DNA of 64,000 nucleotides, taken from the NCBI GenBank assembly GCA_026415035.1, contig JAOAHX010000014.1, forward strand, positions 11-64,010. Reading direction: 5' to 3'. The notes beneath the pieces are model-generated. The model was not told where the DNA came from. It was given only the letters and a program-made list of their open reading frames with translations, and made no database searches. Below are positions 36,681 through 46,892 of this stretch, one piece after another (within the stretch, counting starts at the first letter, position 1; every line of letters begins with the position of its first letter). Position numbers and translations under genes: made by a program. The DNA comes from Thermodesulfobacteriota bacterium (GTDB lineage Bacteria > Desulfobacterota > BSN033 > UBA1163).

Positions 36681-37184
36681 TCATTTTTTTAAAACTTCCA
36701 CGACCTCGGCCCGAACGAAGAGCCACCTTTTTTCGCTCTTTTTAAGAAGGCAATCGATTTCGTGTGCCTCGCTGAAGGCCTCGCCACCGGCCATCTTTCC
36801 GGTGAGGCGGGCGGTCAGGGTGACCTTGGCCTCGTTTCTTTGAGGAAAGGTCATGTGGATATCGTAAAAACTCACCTGAAGTTCGGCCACCTGAAGCCTG
36901 CTTCGGGCCACGTAGCCGAGGATCTCCTCTCGGGCCAACGTCCCTGAGATCGAATAGGCCTGGATCGAGAGCTCACAGGTCTCCTCCAGGAGGGAGCCGA
37001 TCTTTTTGAGCTTCTGATCCAGGGTGAAGAGACTCTCCCCTGTTTCTTTTGAGAGGGCCTGGGCGAGGGCGTTTAACTCCCTTTTGATCCTCTTCTCTTC
37101 GCTCGGAGGAAGGGCGAAGAAGGCGAAAAGCCCCGCGCTCGCCAGCAGAAGGGCGATCAGGAAGGTCCGGGCCTTGATTACCAT
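36681..37184 (-). CDS. Membrane-anchored hypothetical protein (NTF2/SnoaL-like domain guess)
   Basis: Start MVIKARTF (ATG overlapping lepB stop by 7 nt); N-terminal TM helix; longer 209-aa reading would overlap lepB by 130 nt. Confidence 0.45.
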   Translation of the reverse strand: MVIKARTFLIALLLASAGLFAFFALPPSEEKRIKRELNALAQALSKETGESLFTLDQKLKKIGSLLEETCELSIQAYSISGTLAREEILGYVARSRLQVAELQVSFYDIHMTFPQRNEAKVTLTARLTGKMAGGEAFSEAHEIDCLLKKSEKRWLFVRAEVVEVLKK

Positions 37185-37669
37185 AAGGGACTGCCCAAGA
37201 TTCGCGAAAGGCTCACCTGTCCGAAGAGGTGGTCTCTCATCGGGCCGCCTCGATTGTCTCCCACCACATAGACGGAACCAGGTTCGACCCGACGGGGGGG
37301 GAGGGTCCATCGGGAAGGGATCCGAAGATAGGGCTCCTCGATCTCTATCCCGTCCACCAGGAGTTTCCCATTTTTGAACTCCACCACTTCTCCCTCCAAG
37401 CCCACCACCCGCTTAAGAAGCGTGACCCTCTGTCCGGCCAAGCGGATCACGACCACATCGCCCCTTTTCGGTTTCGAAAAGAGATAACGTCCTCTCCAGC
37501 AGAAATTGATGGCGCCGTTTCGGTAGGTCGGCTCCATGCTGTAACCCTCGATCCGAAATGGGATCAGCAGATATCCAAAGATCAGGTAGGTGAAGAGGGC
37601 GATCAGGCCCGCCCGGATCATGAAGGTCCGGGTCAGGGCAGGGAAGAGGAAGCGCCGGAGGCGGTTCAT
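37178..37669 (-). CDS. lepB: Signal peptidase I
   Basis: GYSMEPT catalytic Ser motif, VVGLEGE, VVGDNRGGPMRD (box E-like) motifs; N-terminal TM. Confidence 0.9.
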   Translation of the reverse strand: MNRLRRFLFPALTRTFMIRAGLIALFTYLIFGYLLIPFRIEGYSMEPTYRNGAINFCWRGRYLFSKPKRGDVVVIRLAGQRVTLLKRVVGLEGEVVEFKNGKLLVDGIEIEEPYLRIPSRWTLPPRRVEPGSVYVVGDNRGGPMRDHLFGQVSLSRILGSPLW

Positions 37670-38133
37670 GTCCTTGGTTCAGGGGAGGGCGACAGGTCCT
37701 CGGCCTGCTCCGTCTTCTCCATCTCTTTCAAAAGGCTTTTCAGTTTCTGAAGGGTCTTTGGAGGTAGCCTATGGAATTTCAATCCATATCGGTGCTCCCT
37801 CCACGTCTCTTTCGAGGCCAGGTCCGCCCATACGATTTTGGCCAACCCCTGGATGGTCTGGAGCTCGAGCCCCTTTGGAAAGTAGATTTCGATCTTGAGC
37901 GTTTCGCCTACTTTCATCTTTTCCGGGAGATAGACCAGGATCCCCCCTTCGCTCGCATTTTTAACGATGCCACCGAAGTCGGCCTTGATCCCTCTACGTG
38001 CGTAATCGATGGGAAGTTCGACCGGCACCCTCCGGTGCCTCCTCTGGTCAGCCGCAGAGGACTTTTTTCTCCCTCGGTCTTCGGTCCCTTGCTTCTTGCC
38101 CCCTCTCTTCGAACCGGGCTTGCGTGGACTCAT
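37666..38133 (-). CDS. PilZ-domain protein (c-di-GMP-binding effector)
   Basis: RRHRR...DxSEGG PilZ c-di-GMP motifs after basic N-terminus; stop overlaps lepB start (ATGA). Confidence 0.72.
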   Translation of the reverse strand: MSPRKPGSKRGGKKQGTEDRGRKKSSAADQRRHRRVPVELPIDYARRGIKADFGGIVKNASEGGILVYLPEKMKVGETLKIEIYFPKGLELQTIQGLAKIVWADLASKETWREHRYGLKFHRLPPKTLQKLKSLLKEMEKTEQAEDLSPSPEPRT

Positions 38134-38245
38134 GGCGATCTCCTCCCCCTGGTCACCTCCCCCTTCGCTCCTTCACTCCTTAGGATAAGGGGTTCGGAGG
38201 GGAACGTCAACCTCATCGTTTGAAGTGTAACCTCCAAGCCCCACC

Positions 38246-39076
38246 TCACCTCTTTTTGATCCTATGGATCCTGTTCTGGTGATAGGCCTCCCTTTTGGCA
38301 ACGTAAGGATCGAGGACGTTCCTTTTGAACTCCTCGTACTCTCCAAGCCGGAAAGAGGCCTCGTTGATCTGGTCGTACGTTCGCAGGGCGACCCCGAGGG
38401 GGGCGCTCCGGATAAGATAGTTTTTGGGATCGAGGAGCAGGTCTCCGAGATACCCGAGGGTGTCCCGCACACTGGAGGAGCCTAAGATCGGCCACTCGAT
38501 GTAAAAAATCGGGCCCATTCCCCAGACCCCGAGGGTCTGGCCGAAGTCTTCGTCCGTCTTCTCGATCTTCAGTTCCGTCTTGGCCGGATCGAGAAAACCT
38601 GCCAGGCCGAGGGTCGTGTTCAGGAGGAAACGGAGGGCCTCCTTCCCCGCGCCCTTGAAATTGGCCTGCAAAAGACAGTTGACGAGGCGGATGGGCGTGG
38701 CGAGGTTGATGAAGAAGTTCTTCACCCCGAGCCTCAGGTCCTCCGGGACAATCATTTTATATCCCGTGGCCACCGGTTTGTAGGCCCAGAAGTAGAGTCG
38801 GTCGTTGAAGGCGAAGAAGAGGCGATTGATGGGTTCGAGGGGATCTGGAATCGTGGCCTTCTCTTCTTCGGGTTCAAGCCCCTCCTCGTCGGAGGAGGGG
38901 GGTTCGGCCCTCGCATAGAGGAGAGGTGGGCCGGGCGTTGAACGAAAGAGGGGGTCTTCATCCCCAAGGAGGCTCTGGGTTTCCAGACCGTCCGAGGAAG
39001 CCCAGGCCAAGCCAGGAAGGAAGGATATCAGGATCCATAGGAGGAGGGGCAAAAAAGGTTTGAATTGGCACACCAT
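38246..39076 (-). CDS. mlaA: MlaA/VacJ-family outer-membrane lipoprotein
   Basis: Signal peptide, DPLEPINRLFFAFNDRLYFWAYKP..GLAGF motifs typical of MlaA. Confidence 0.85.
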   Translation of the reverse strand: MVCQFKPFLPLLLWILISFLPGLAWASSDGLETQSLLGDEDPLFRSTPGPPLLYARAEPPSSDEEGLEPEEEKATIPDPLEPINRLFFAFNDRLYFWAYKPVATGYKMIVPEDLRLGVKNFFINLATPIRLVNCLLQANFKGAGKEALRFLLNTTLGLAGFLDPAKTELKIEKTDEDFGQTLGVWGMGPIFYIEWPILGSSSVRDTLGYLGDLLLDPKNYLIRSAPLGVALRTYDQINEASFRLGEYEEFKRNVLDPYVAKREAYHQNRIHRIKKR

Positions 39077-39100
39077 GGTCGGTCCGTCCCTTGAAGGGCC

Positions 39101-39703
39101 TCAGTTCCCGAGCGTTTTCGATTTCAGCCTTCTCACCAATTCCTGGTAGGAAGATTTGACGATGATATCGTTAAATTGGGTCCGGTAGTTATTCACCAGC
39201 CCCACCCCTTCGACGATGAAGTCATAGACGAGCCATTGGCCATCCCTTTTGCGCATCCGGTAATCGACCTGGAGGGTTTGGTCTTTCGAGGTGAAGATCT
39301 TCACCCTGACGGTCGCAAAGTTTCCTTCGATCTGCTCCCCCTCGTAGAGGATCCTATTCCAGGAATAGCCCTCCACTTTGTCCATGTAGACCCGCTCGAG
39401 CAAATCCTTGAAGAGGCGGATGAACTCCTGCCTCTCCTCTGGGGTTCGCGCCGTCCAATGTCTCGCAAGGGTCCGGCGGGCCATCTCCTCCCAGTCGAAA
39501 CGCTCATCGATCGTCTTCAATATCGCCTCCCGCCTTTCACGGGCCTTCTCCGGCGATTTGAGCGAAGGATCGGCTAACAGGGTCAAGACCTTATCCGTGG
39601 TCTGCCGGAGTTGGTCTTGGGGCTCTCCTGAGAAGGCGATCTCGGCCATCGCAAAGGCGATGAGGAGTGGGAGATGGAGGAAGATTCGGAAAAGACGGTT
39701 CAC
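39101..39703 (-). CDS. mlaC: Periplasmic phospholipid-binding protein MlaC (Ttg2D family)
   Basis: Signal peptide; Ttg2D/MlaC-like helical-plus-beta pattern (FDWEEMARRTLARHW, LVYDFIVEGVGLVNNYRTQF). Confidence 0.8.
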   Translation of the reverse strand: MNRLFRIFLHLPLLIAFAMAEIAFSGEPQDQLRQTTDKVLTLLADPSLKSPEKARERREAILKTIDERFDWEEMARRTLARHWTARTPEERQEFIRLFKDLLERVYMDKVEGYSWNRILYEGEQIEGNFATVRVKIFTSKDQTLQVDYRMRKRDGQWLVYDFIVEGVGLVNNYRTQFNDIIVKSSYQELVRRLKSKTLGN

Positions 39704-39724
39704 GGAAGCCTCCTCGGATCCGGG

Positions 39725-40165
39725 TCAGATCTTCTCAAACACGAGCTTGGAGATGAGATCCTCGAGATCGACGGCGGGCTGGGTTTCCCGGATTCGTCCG
39801 CCCGGCGGGATGAAGACCTCGGACCCACCGGGAGTGATCTCGATAAATTTCTCTCCCACGAGTCCTTTGGTTTTGATGGAGGCGATGGCATCTTCCTGAA
39901 TTTTGATGGCCTCGGGAAAGGTCATGACGATCCGGGCTTGATAGTTTTCGAGGGAGACGCTCTTGACGCGACCCACCTCCACGCCCGCGATCACGATGCT
40001 GGACCCCTCCTTCACCCCTCCGCTGTTGGAGAAGAGGGCGTAGATTTCGTAGCCCTTCCCTCCGACCACCTCCATCTTTCCCAGTTTGATCGAGAGGTAG
40101 CCCAAGCCGAGCATCCCTGCGAGCATGAACAGTCCGACCGCGAGTTCCACATCGAATCGTTTCAT
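39725..40165 (-). CDS. mlaD: MCE-domain protein MlaD
   Basis: N-terminal TM then MCE domain (GAPVRxxGVxVGxV-like: GSSIVIAGVEVGRVKSV); start MKRFDVE. Confidence 0.85.
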   Translation of the reverse strand: MKRFDVELAVGLFMLAGMLGLGYLSIKLGKMEVVGGKGYEIYALFSNSGGVKEGSSIVIAGVEVGRVKSVSLENYQARIVMTFPEAIKIQEDAIASIKTKGLVGEKFIEITPGGSEVFIPPGGRIRETQPAVDLEDLISKLVFEKI

Positions 40166-40175
40166 GGTTTCACCC

Positions 40176-40922
40176 CTAATAGAACTTGAACGATCCGCTG
40201 GTGGCCCCGCTGATGAATTGGCGGACCACCGGGTCTTCCGAGGCCAGCAGCGTCTCGGGAGGGCCGATCGTCCAGATCCGGCCCTCATGGAGCATCGCCA
40301 CCCGATGGGCGATCCGAAAGACCCTGGAGAGTTCGTGGCTGACGATGATCGCGGTGAAGCGGAGCTCCGCGTGGAGGGACTGGATCAAATCGAGGATCGT
40401 ATGGGCGATGATGGGATCGAGGCCGGTGGTGGGTTCGTCGAAGAGCATGATCTGGGGTTCGGTGATCAAGGCCCGGGCAAAGGCGGTGCGCTTGATCATC
40501 CCGCCGCTCAGTTCGGCAGGATACTTATGTTCGGCGCCCGAGAGGCCTACCTGTTGGAGCTGTTTCATGACCCTCTGCCGGATCTCGGCCTCGCTCATCC
40601 TCGTCTTCTCGCGGAGCGGAAAGGCCACATTCTCATAGACCGTCATGGAGGTGAAGAGGGCGCCGCTTTGAAAGAGAAAGCCGATCCGGCTACGGATGGC
40701 CTCGAGAGCCTCCCCCTTCAGACGACTGATCTCCTGGTGGTCGATCCAGACCCTGCCCCGATCCGGTCTGAGCAATCCGACGATATGCTTCAGGACGACG
40801 CTCTTTCCGTTGCCGCTTCCGCCGATGAGGGCCAGGATCTCTCCTCTCTCCACCTCGAAGGAGACGCCCCTGAGGACTTCGAAGCCGTTAAACGATTTGT
40901 AAACCTCTTCCATCCGGATCAT
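40176..40922 (-). CDS. mlaF: ABC transporter ATP-binding protein MlaF
   Basis: Walker A GGSGNGKS, signature LSGGMIKR, Walker B MLFDEPTTGLD; 248 aa from MIRMEEV. Confidence 0.9.
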   Translation of the reverse strand: MIRMEEVYKSFNGFEVLRGVSFEVERGEILALIGGSGNGKSVVLKHIVGLLRPDRGRVWIDHQEISRLKGEALEAIRSRIGFLFQSGALFTSMTVYENVAFPLREKTRMSEAEIRQRVMKQLQQVGLSGAEHKYPAELSGGMIKRTAFARALITEPQIMLFDEPTTGLDPIIAHTILDLIQSLHAELRFTAIIVSHELSRVFRIAHRVAMLHEGRIWTIGPPETLLASEDPVVRQFISGATSGSFKFY

Positions 40923-40930
40923 CGCCCGCC

Positions 40931-41698
40931 TCAGAAGAGAAGGGAGGTCATCATATAGTCCCAGAAGAGGATCAGGACCGAGGAGAGCACCACCGCCTGG
41001 GTGGTGGCCCGGCTGACGCCCTCCGCCCCGAATCCGGCGAAGTAGCCTTTGTAAGAGCAGACCCAGGTGATGAGGACGCCGAAACTCAAAGATTTGTAAA
41101 TCCCCTCGAGGATATCCTCCATCTTCACATAATTGGCCATCTCGCCGAAGTAGGTTCCCTCCCCCACCCCCAACAGTTTCCCTCCCACGAAGTAACCCCC
41201 GAAGATGCCGACCACGTCGAAGATGGCCGTGAGAAGGGGCATGGCCAGGACCCCCGCGATCACCTTCGGGACCACAAGATATCGGTAGGGGTTGAGCCCC
41301 ATCAGTTCCAAGGCATCGATCTGTTCGCTGATCCGCATGATCCCGATTTCGGCGGTCATGGCGGAGCCTGCCCTTCCGGTGACCATCAACGCCGACAGGA
41401 CCGGGCCGAGCTCTTTGATGAGAGAGAGGGCGACCATCGGTCCGAGGAGGGCGGTGGAACCGAACCGGTTGAGGGTGTGGAATCCCTGGAGGCCGAGGAC
41501 CATCCCGGAAAAGACCCCTGTGAGCAGGATGACCAAGGTGGACTGATATCCGATGAACCAGATCTGTTTGACGACCCAGGAGAACTTGAATGGGGGGGTG
41601 GCCAGATAGAAGAGGGTCCGGCCGAAGAAGAGCCCCATCCGACCCATTCCCCTGAGCCCTTCCAGGGAGATCCTTCCCAGGGCCCTGATCCAAAACAT
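40931..41698 (-). CDS. mlaE: ABC transporter permease MlaE
   Basis: MlaE/Ttg2B pattern (GYQSTLVILLTGVFSGMVLGLQG, EIDALELMG); 5 TM helices. Confidence 0.9.
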   Translation of the reverse strand: MFWIRALGRISLEGLRGMGRMGLFFGRTLFYLATPPFKFSWVVKQIWFIGYQSTLVILLTGVFSGMVLGLQGFHTLNRFGSTALLGPMVALSLIKELGPVLSALMVTGRAGSAMTAEIGIMRISEQIDALELMGLNPYRYLVVPKVIAGVLAMPLLTAIFDVVGIFGGYFVGGKLLGVGEGTYFGEMANYVKMEDILEGIYKSLSFGVLITWVCSYKGYFAGFGAEGVSRATTQAVVLSSVLILFWDYMMTSLLF

Positions 41699-41739
41699 GG
41701 TGGGATTATGTCAAATTTTCTCAAGGATGTCAAAAAGGT

Positions 41740-41768
41740 TTGATTCTTCGGGCTTCTTTGGATATAGT
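41740..41768 (+). promoter_or_regulatory. Sigma70-like promoter TTGATT-17-TATAGT
   Basis: TTGATT 41740-41745, 17-nt spacer, TATAGT 41763-41768; tandem ATGTCAAA direct repeat at 41709-41737 upstream. Confidence 0.5.
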
Positions 41769-41830
41769 TTCACGAGGACAGGCCAAGTGAAAGGGCCCTT
41801 TGGAGGCGAAACCTGAGGAGGTGGACCCGT

Positions 41831-42073
41831 TTGGAAGAGCAGATCGTTCAGAAATTTCCACATCGCTGTCCCTATTGCGAGGAAGAGGTTTCCTACGAGG
41901 CGGTGGCGTTGAACCCCGGGGAGAATGAACTGGTTTGTCCCTCCTGCCGACGCACCTATATCAAGGTGATCCTCGACGGTTCCCACCCCTTCCTTTCGGC
42001 TGGCAGAGCCCCCAAGAGAAGGAGGCCATCCCTCTCACGGAGGGGACAGGGGAAGAAGGCAAGGCCTCGGTGA
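41831..42073 (+). CDS. Small zinc-ribbon protein (80 aa, TTG start)
   Basis: RBS GAGGAGGTG 7 nt before TTG; CPYC-x17-CPSC ribbon then basic K/R-rich tail. Confidence 0.45.
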   Translation: MEEQIVQKFPHRCPYCEEEVSYEAVALNPGENELVCPSCRRTYIKVILDGSHPFLSAGRAPKRRRPSLSRRGQGKKARPR

Positions 42074-42121
42074 TCGCTCTGTTTCCATGGTCCAACCGAG
42101 GGGGGAAATAGGGAGGGCACC

Positions 42122-42571
42122 CTATCCCTTCAGGATGGGCCGGTATCGATCGAAGAGCTCACTCTGTTTGAAAGACATGTCCCGCGCCCCCCTCCCACCC
42201 CCCTCATGGTCGTAGCCCGCGAGGTGCAGCACCCCGTGGATCAGGAGGAGGCCGATCATCTCCATCTCCGTGAGGCCGGCCTGTTTCGCCTGTCGCTTGG
42301 CCGTCTCCACCGAGATGACGACATCTCCGAGGAGGTGGGGGTTGAGGCCTCCGAATTCTCCCTCGCCCATCGAAAAGGCCAAGACATTGGTCGGCCGGTC
42401 CCGTCCAAGGTACCGGCGGTTCAATTGCCGGATCTCCTCGTCCAGGACGAGAGAGAGGCTCAACTCCGCCTCAGGAAGTCCCAGCCTGCCTAAGATCTCT
42501 TGGGCCAGCCTTTTTATCTTTCTTCGGTCTAAAGGGATAAGTCTTTGGCGGTTTCGAATCCAGATCTTCAT
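42122..42571 (-). CDS. ybeY: Endoribonuclease YbeY (16S rRNA maturation)
   Basis: RPTNVLAFS and HGVLHLAGYDHE zinc-binding motif. Confidence 0.92.
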   Translation of the reverse strand: MKIWIRNRQRLIPLDRRKIKRLAQEILGRLGLPEAELSLSLVLDEEIRQLNRRYLGRDRPTNVLAFSMGEGEFGGLNPHLLGDVVISVETAKRQAKQAGLTEMEMIGLLLIHGVLHLAGYDHEGGGRGARDMSFKQSELFDRYRPILKG

Positions 42572-44831
42572 GGGGCCTCTTTTCGGATTCCTGGAAGGGA
42601 GGCAGGGGATAGTCGATCCTCTGGTGGAAGTAGGCCGTCAGGATTCGGGTGAAGCTCTCCTCGATCTTCCGGAGGTCCTTCAGGGTCAGCTCACACTCCT
42701 CCAACTGTCCATCGAGAAAGATGTTCTGGATGATCTGCTGCACGAGGCCTTTGATCCTCGATGGGGTGGGGTCGGTCAGGGTCCGGGAGGCCGCCTCCAC
42801 GGCATCGGCGAGCATGACGATGCCGGCCTCTTTGGTCTGGGGCTTTGGGCCGGGGTATCGGAAATCCTTTTCGTCGATCGCACCCATCTCCGGGTTTTCC
42901 TGCTCTTTGGCCTTTTTGTAGAAGAAGGAGATGAGGCTCGTGCCGTGGTGCTGTTGGATGATGTGGATGATCTTCTCGCCGAGACGATATTCCTGGGCCA
43001 GCTCCACCCCGTCCTTGACGTGGGAGGCGAGGATGAGGCTCGACATGGTGGGGGTGAGATGGTCATGGCGGTTCTCCATCCCTCCCGCATTCTCGATGAA
43101 ATAGAGGGGCTTCTTCAATTTTCCGATGTCGTGGTAATAGGCGCTCACCCTGGCCAATAAGGGGTTGGCGGCGATGGATTTGGCCCCTGCCTCCACGAGG
43201 CTTCCCACGATGATGCTATGATGATAAGTCCCAGGAGCCTGAAAGGAGAGGTCTCGGAGGAGGGGATGGTCGAGGTTGGCCAGCTCGAGAAGTTTGATGT
43301 CCGTGGTGTAGCCGAAGAGGCTCTCGACGATCGGGGCGAGCCCCAGGACGACGAGCGAGGCCAATAGCCCGCCCAAGAATCCCATGATGAGGTCGGAGAG
43401 GAGGATCGGGGTGAGGAAGGTTCCGATGATGAGGTGATAGCAAAGGATCATCCCTATGTTGGCCGCTCCGACAAAGAGGCCCGCCTTGAGGAGGATCGAG
43501 CGCTGCTCACATCGGGCGACCTTGTGGGCCCCGATCAGGCTTCCCACCAGACCGAAGATGAAGAGGAAGAGTTGGTTTCCCATCAGGGAGGCGGCAAAGT
43601 AGCTCATCAAGGTGGCAAAGACGATCGCCACCTCGGAGTGGATGACGATCCGGACGATCATCGTCCCGGCCGCAAGGGGAAAGAGGTAAACGTAGGAGGA
43701 AGCGGGGATGGAGAAGACCTCGCCTCCGAGGATGTCGGTGATGAGGAGGAAGACCTTCAGAAAGGCGACCATCCCGACCAAGGTGGTGCAGAAGAAGAGG
43801 AGGTCCCGAGTGGTGAGGGCGATCTTCCGGATGTTCTTCGTGGAAAATTCGTACAGGCTGGCCAAGATGAGAAAGGTGAGCAGGGCCATCCCGACGAGGA
43901 CGGCCAAAAGATGGCTCCTCTCCTGGGCCTTTTTGAGGGCCTCCATCTTGAGCAAGTGTTCCTCGCGCACCCGCTCCCCCGCCCTGAGGACGACCTCTCC
44001 CCTCTTGATCTGGTAGAAGACCGGGCTGACGCGGGATTTGATCTCGGCCTTTCTCGCTTCGGTTTCGTCTTTGTTGAAAGTGAGGTTCGGCCGCAAGGCC
44101 TGTTCGGAGAGCTTCAACACGACCAGGGACAGGTCTCTCCCCCAATCGGCAGCGAGGCGATTGAGGTCGATCCGCATCCGGCTCCGGACCTCCCTCAGGT
44201 CGAGGAATTCGAAGGGAGGGACGTCCATCTTCTCCGTCCGGGTTTGAATGTTCCGGATGGAGACGCCCCGGAGAGCATCGGAATCGAGGAGGTCTTTGTC
44301 GTTGATCACCCCTCTCCGCAGATGGGGGGTCATCAGTTTCAGGACGGTCTCTCCGATGGCCGGGTCGAATCGCTCTCGCTTGAGGAGGGTCCACTCTCTC
44401 TGGGAGAGGGAGAACCTGAAGGCGCTTTCCCACTCCTCCTTGCTCATCAGGGAGGCGCGGGGCGAGAAGGCCTCCCGGAGCCGTGTTTCGATCTCGTTCA
44501 AGACGGTCGGGTCGTAATCGTAGACGGAAAAGACCGAACGCTCGGCCTCAGCCCTTTTCTCCTGGGTCGACTTCTGGTCCTCGACCAGAATATCCTGGGT
44601 CGACTTGATCTCTTTGGTGGCGATGTCTCCTGCCTGATACCTCTTCAGGGGGATTTGAAGAGAAGGGGATAAGAAAAGGGCCAGAAGTAGGGCTGTCCCG
44701 ACGCCGATGGCCCACTTCTGAAATTCGGGGCTTTTCACCTTCTTGGTCCAAGGAGTCCCTTTCGGGCCATTGGGGGTTTTGGAGGGAGACAGACGACGCA
44801 GCAGGCCTTTCAAACCCGTTCGATTCACCAT
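42471..44831 (-). CDS. 7TM-receptor-linked HD-domain phosphohydrolase (PgpH/YqfF-like)
   Basis: Extracellular N-domain, 7 TM helices, HD domain ([22 protein letters not shown]); stop lies 100 nt inside ybeY. Confidence 0.85.
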   Translation of the reverse strand: MVNRTGLKGLLRRLSPSKTPNGPKGTPWTKKVKSPEFQKWAIGVGTALLLALFLSPSLQIPLKRYQAGDIATKEIKSTQDILVEDQKSTQEKRAEAERSVFSVYDYDPTVLNEIETRLREAFSPRASLMSKEEWESAFRFSLSQREWTLLKRERFDPAIGETVLKLMTPHLRRGVINDKDLLDSDALRGVSIRNIQTRTEKMDVPPFEFLDLREVRSRMRIDLNRLAADWGRDLSLVVLKLSEQALRPNLTFNKDETEARKAEIKSRVSPVFYQIKRGEVVLRAGERVREEHLLKMEALKKAQERSHLLAVLVGMALLTFLILASLYEFSTKNIRKIALTTRDLLFFCTTLVGMVAFLKVFLLITDILGGEVFSIPASSYVYLFPLAAGTMIVRIVIHSEVAIVFATLMSYFAASLMGNQLFLFIFGLVGSLIGAHKVARCEQRSILLKAGLFVGAANIGMILCYHLIIGTFLTPILLSDLIMGFLGGLLASLVVLGLAPIVESLFGYTTDIKLLELANLDHPLLRDLSFQAPGTYHHSIIVGSLVEAGAKSIAANPLLARVSAYYHDIGKLKKPLYFIENAGGMENRHDHLTPTMSSLILASHVKDGVELAQEYRLGEKIIHIIQQHHGTSLISFFYKKAKEQENPEMGAIDEKDFRYPGPKPQTKEAGIVMLADAVEAASRTLTDPTPSRIKGLVQQIIQNIFLDGQLEECELTLKDLRKIEESFTRILTAYFHQRIDYPLPPFQESEKRPHEDLDSKPPKTYPFRPKKDKKAGPRDLRQAGTS

Positions 44832-45859
44832 CGTGTTTCGGAAGAGGAGGGCGCTTGGGATCGCCGGCGTCTCTCTTCCACCCTTTCATAAGCCTTGATG
44901 ATCTCTTGGACCAAGGGGTGCCGGACCACATCCCGGTCGGAGAAATACACGAATTCGATCCCCTCGATCCCCTTGAGGATCCCTTGGATTTCGATCAGGC
45001 CTGAAGCCTTGTTCTCGGGAAGGTCGACCTGGGTGATGTCTCCCGTGATGACCGTTTTGGAACTGAATCCCATCCGGGTCAGGAACATCTTCATCTGCTC
45101 CGGTCCTGTGTTCTGGGCCTCGTCGAGGATGATGAACGAGTCGTTGAGCGTCCGGCCCCTCATGAAGGCCAGAGGGGCGACCTCGATGACGCCCTTCTCG
45201 ATCAGCCTTGCGGCCCGCTCGTAGTCCATCATGTCATGGAGGGCATCGTAGAGGGGACGCAGATAGGGGTTCACCTTTTCGACCATGTTCCCTGGCAGGA
45301 AGCCCAACTTCTCGCCCGCCTCCACCGCCGGTCGGGTGAGGACGATCCTCTCGACCTCCTGCCTCATGAGGGAGGCCACGGCCATGGCCATGGCCAGATA
45401 GGTCTTTCCCGTGCCGGCGGGGCCGATGCCGATGACGAGATCGTATTTCCGGATGGCATCGATATAGCGTTTCTGGGCGAGGCTCTTGGGTGTGATGACC
45501 CTCTTTTTCGAGGAGATATAGACGGTATCGAGGAAGATCTCCTCGAGGCTGACCGTCTGGTCATCCGAAAGGATCCGGATCGCGTAGTCGATATCGTTCG
45601 GGTAGAGGGGATAGCCTTTTTTTAACAGGCCGTAGAGGTCATGGAGGAGGCGTCTGGCAAGTTCGACCTCGATCGGATCGCCCTGGATGGAGACCTCGTT
45701 TCCTTTGGCGCTGATCTTTACGCCGATGGCTCGACCGACGTGTCTGAGATTTTCGCCCTGGACCCCGAAGAGGGTGTTGGCCAGCTGGAGGTCATCAAAG
45801 ATGAGCCTTTCGACCTCACCGCCTCGAAGTCTCGGCTCGATACCCTGCGATTCTTTCAA
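44825..45859 (-). CDS. phoH: PhoH-like ATPase
   Basis: Walker [12 protein letters not shown], PhoH family core ([20 protein letters not shown]). Confidence 0.93.
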   Translation of the reverse strand: MKESQGIEPRLRGGEVERLIFDDLQLANTLFGVQGENLRHVGRAIGVKISAKGNEVSIQGDPIEVELARRLLHDLYGLLKKGYPLYPNDIDYAIRILSDDQTVSLEEIFLDTVYISSKKRVITPKSLAQKRYIDAIRKYDLVIGIGPAGTGKTYLAMAMAVASLMRQEVERIVLTRPAVEAGEKLGFLPGNMVEKVNPYLRPLYDALHDMMDYERAARLIEKGVIEVAPLAFMRGRTLNDSFIILDEAQNTGPEQMKMFLTRMGFSSKTVITGDITQVDLPENKASGLIEIQGILKGIEGIEFVYFSDRDVVRHPLVQEIIKAYERVEERRRRSQAPSSSETRW

Positions 45860-45946
45860 CGAGGGACCATCACCTCATTCACTAAAATCTTACCACCTTC
45901 TCCCGGAGTTTTCAACAAGGTATGGCCATCGGCCATCTCCGTCTTC

Positions 45947-46717
45947 TCATCCCGAGGCCCTTTCGACCTGGGAGAGCCGTTTCACCTCTTCGACGATGGC
46001 AGGGATGATCTTTCCCGCCGGCCCCATGATCAGGTAATCCGAAATCCGGCCGGTCAGGGGCGTGGGCTCCATGTTGACCTCGATCACGGTGGCCCCTGAC
46101 TCCTTTGCGATCATCGGGATGGAGGCCGCTGGGTAGACGACGGCCGAAGTCCCGATGACGAGAAGGAGCTGGCAGGACCTCGACTCCCTGAAGGAGGCGG
46201 ACTGGGCCTTGGGCGGGATCGGTTCGCCGAAGAAGACGACATCGGGCTTCAGGAGGGAGGCGCAGCGCGGGCATCGGGCGGGAAGGTCTTCGACCCTGAG
46301 AAGGGTGCCGTCCGTGGTGGTGGCGCACTTGAGGCAGGTGAGGGTCCGGTGGCTTCCATGGAATTCGATCACCTGGGTGTTGCCGGCGGCCTGGTGGAGC
46401 CCGTCGATGTTCTGGGTGATGACGGTGGAGAGAAGGCCCATCCGTTCCAGCTCGGCCAATCCGAGATGGGCCGGGTTGGGTTTGGCCTGCATGACGAGGG
46501 CGAACATCTCCTTCAGCATCTGCCAGACCTTTTCCGGATGGGCATAGAAGGCTTCGATGTGGGCGTACTCTTCCGGGTCGAATCTCTCCCAGAGCCCCCC
46601 GGCGCTCCGAAAATCGGGGATGCCGCTCTCGACGGAGATGCCCGCTCCGGTGAAGGCGATCGTCTTTCGGGATTTGAGAAGGTCCCGGGCGGCCCTCTGG
46701 ATCAACGGTTCGTTCAT
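45947..46717 (-). CDS. cobB: NAD-dependent protein deacylase, Sir2 family
   Basis: GAGISVESGIPDFRS, QNIDGLH, Zn-binding CLKC...CPRC, HG motif. Confidence 0.9.
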   Translation of the reverse strand: MNEPLIQRAARDLLKSRKTIAFTGAGISVESGIPDFRSAGGLWERFDPEEYAHIEAFYAHPEKVWQMLKEMFALVMQAKPNPAHLGLAELERMGLLSTVITQNIDGLHQAAGNTQVIEFHGSHRTLTCLKCATTTDGTLLRVEDLPARCPRCASLLKPDVVFFGEPIPPKAQSASFRESRSCQLLLVIGTSAVVYPAASIPMIAKESGATVIEVNMEPTPLTGRISDYLIMGPAGKIIPAIVEEVKRLSQVERASG

Positions 46718-46802
46718 CCTCGGCTCTCCTACCTTTATTAAAGATGTTCGACCCTCATCTTATCCCGTCCGTCCTCAAGGTGTCAATGGCCTCTTTTTCA
46801 GT

Positions 46803-46831
46803 TGAGTTTGGCGCACCTTTCTGGTATGATG
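46803..46831 (+). promoter_or_regulatory. Sigma70-like promoter with extended -10 (TTGAGT-17-TGgTATGAT) upstream of aor operon
   Basis: TTGAGT 46803-46808, 17-nt spacer, TATGAT 46826-46831 preceded by TG. Confidence 0.5.
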
Positions 46832-46892
46832 AGGGTGTTTGAAAAGGGATCCCCCAGAGACCGTCCATCGGCAGGGGATTCGGAAAGGAGGG

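Noticed and set aside
40923-41693. Upstream extension of the mlaF frame giving a 505-aa ORF across mlaE
   Set aside because: True mlaF starts at MIRMEEV (ATG 40922); the extension reads mlaE DNA in a non-coding frame, while mlaE itself is well supported in its own frame.
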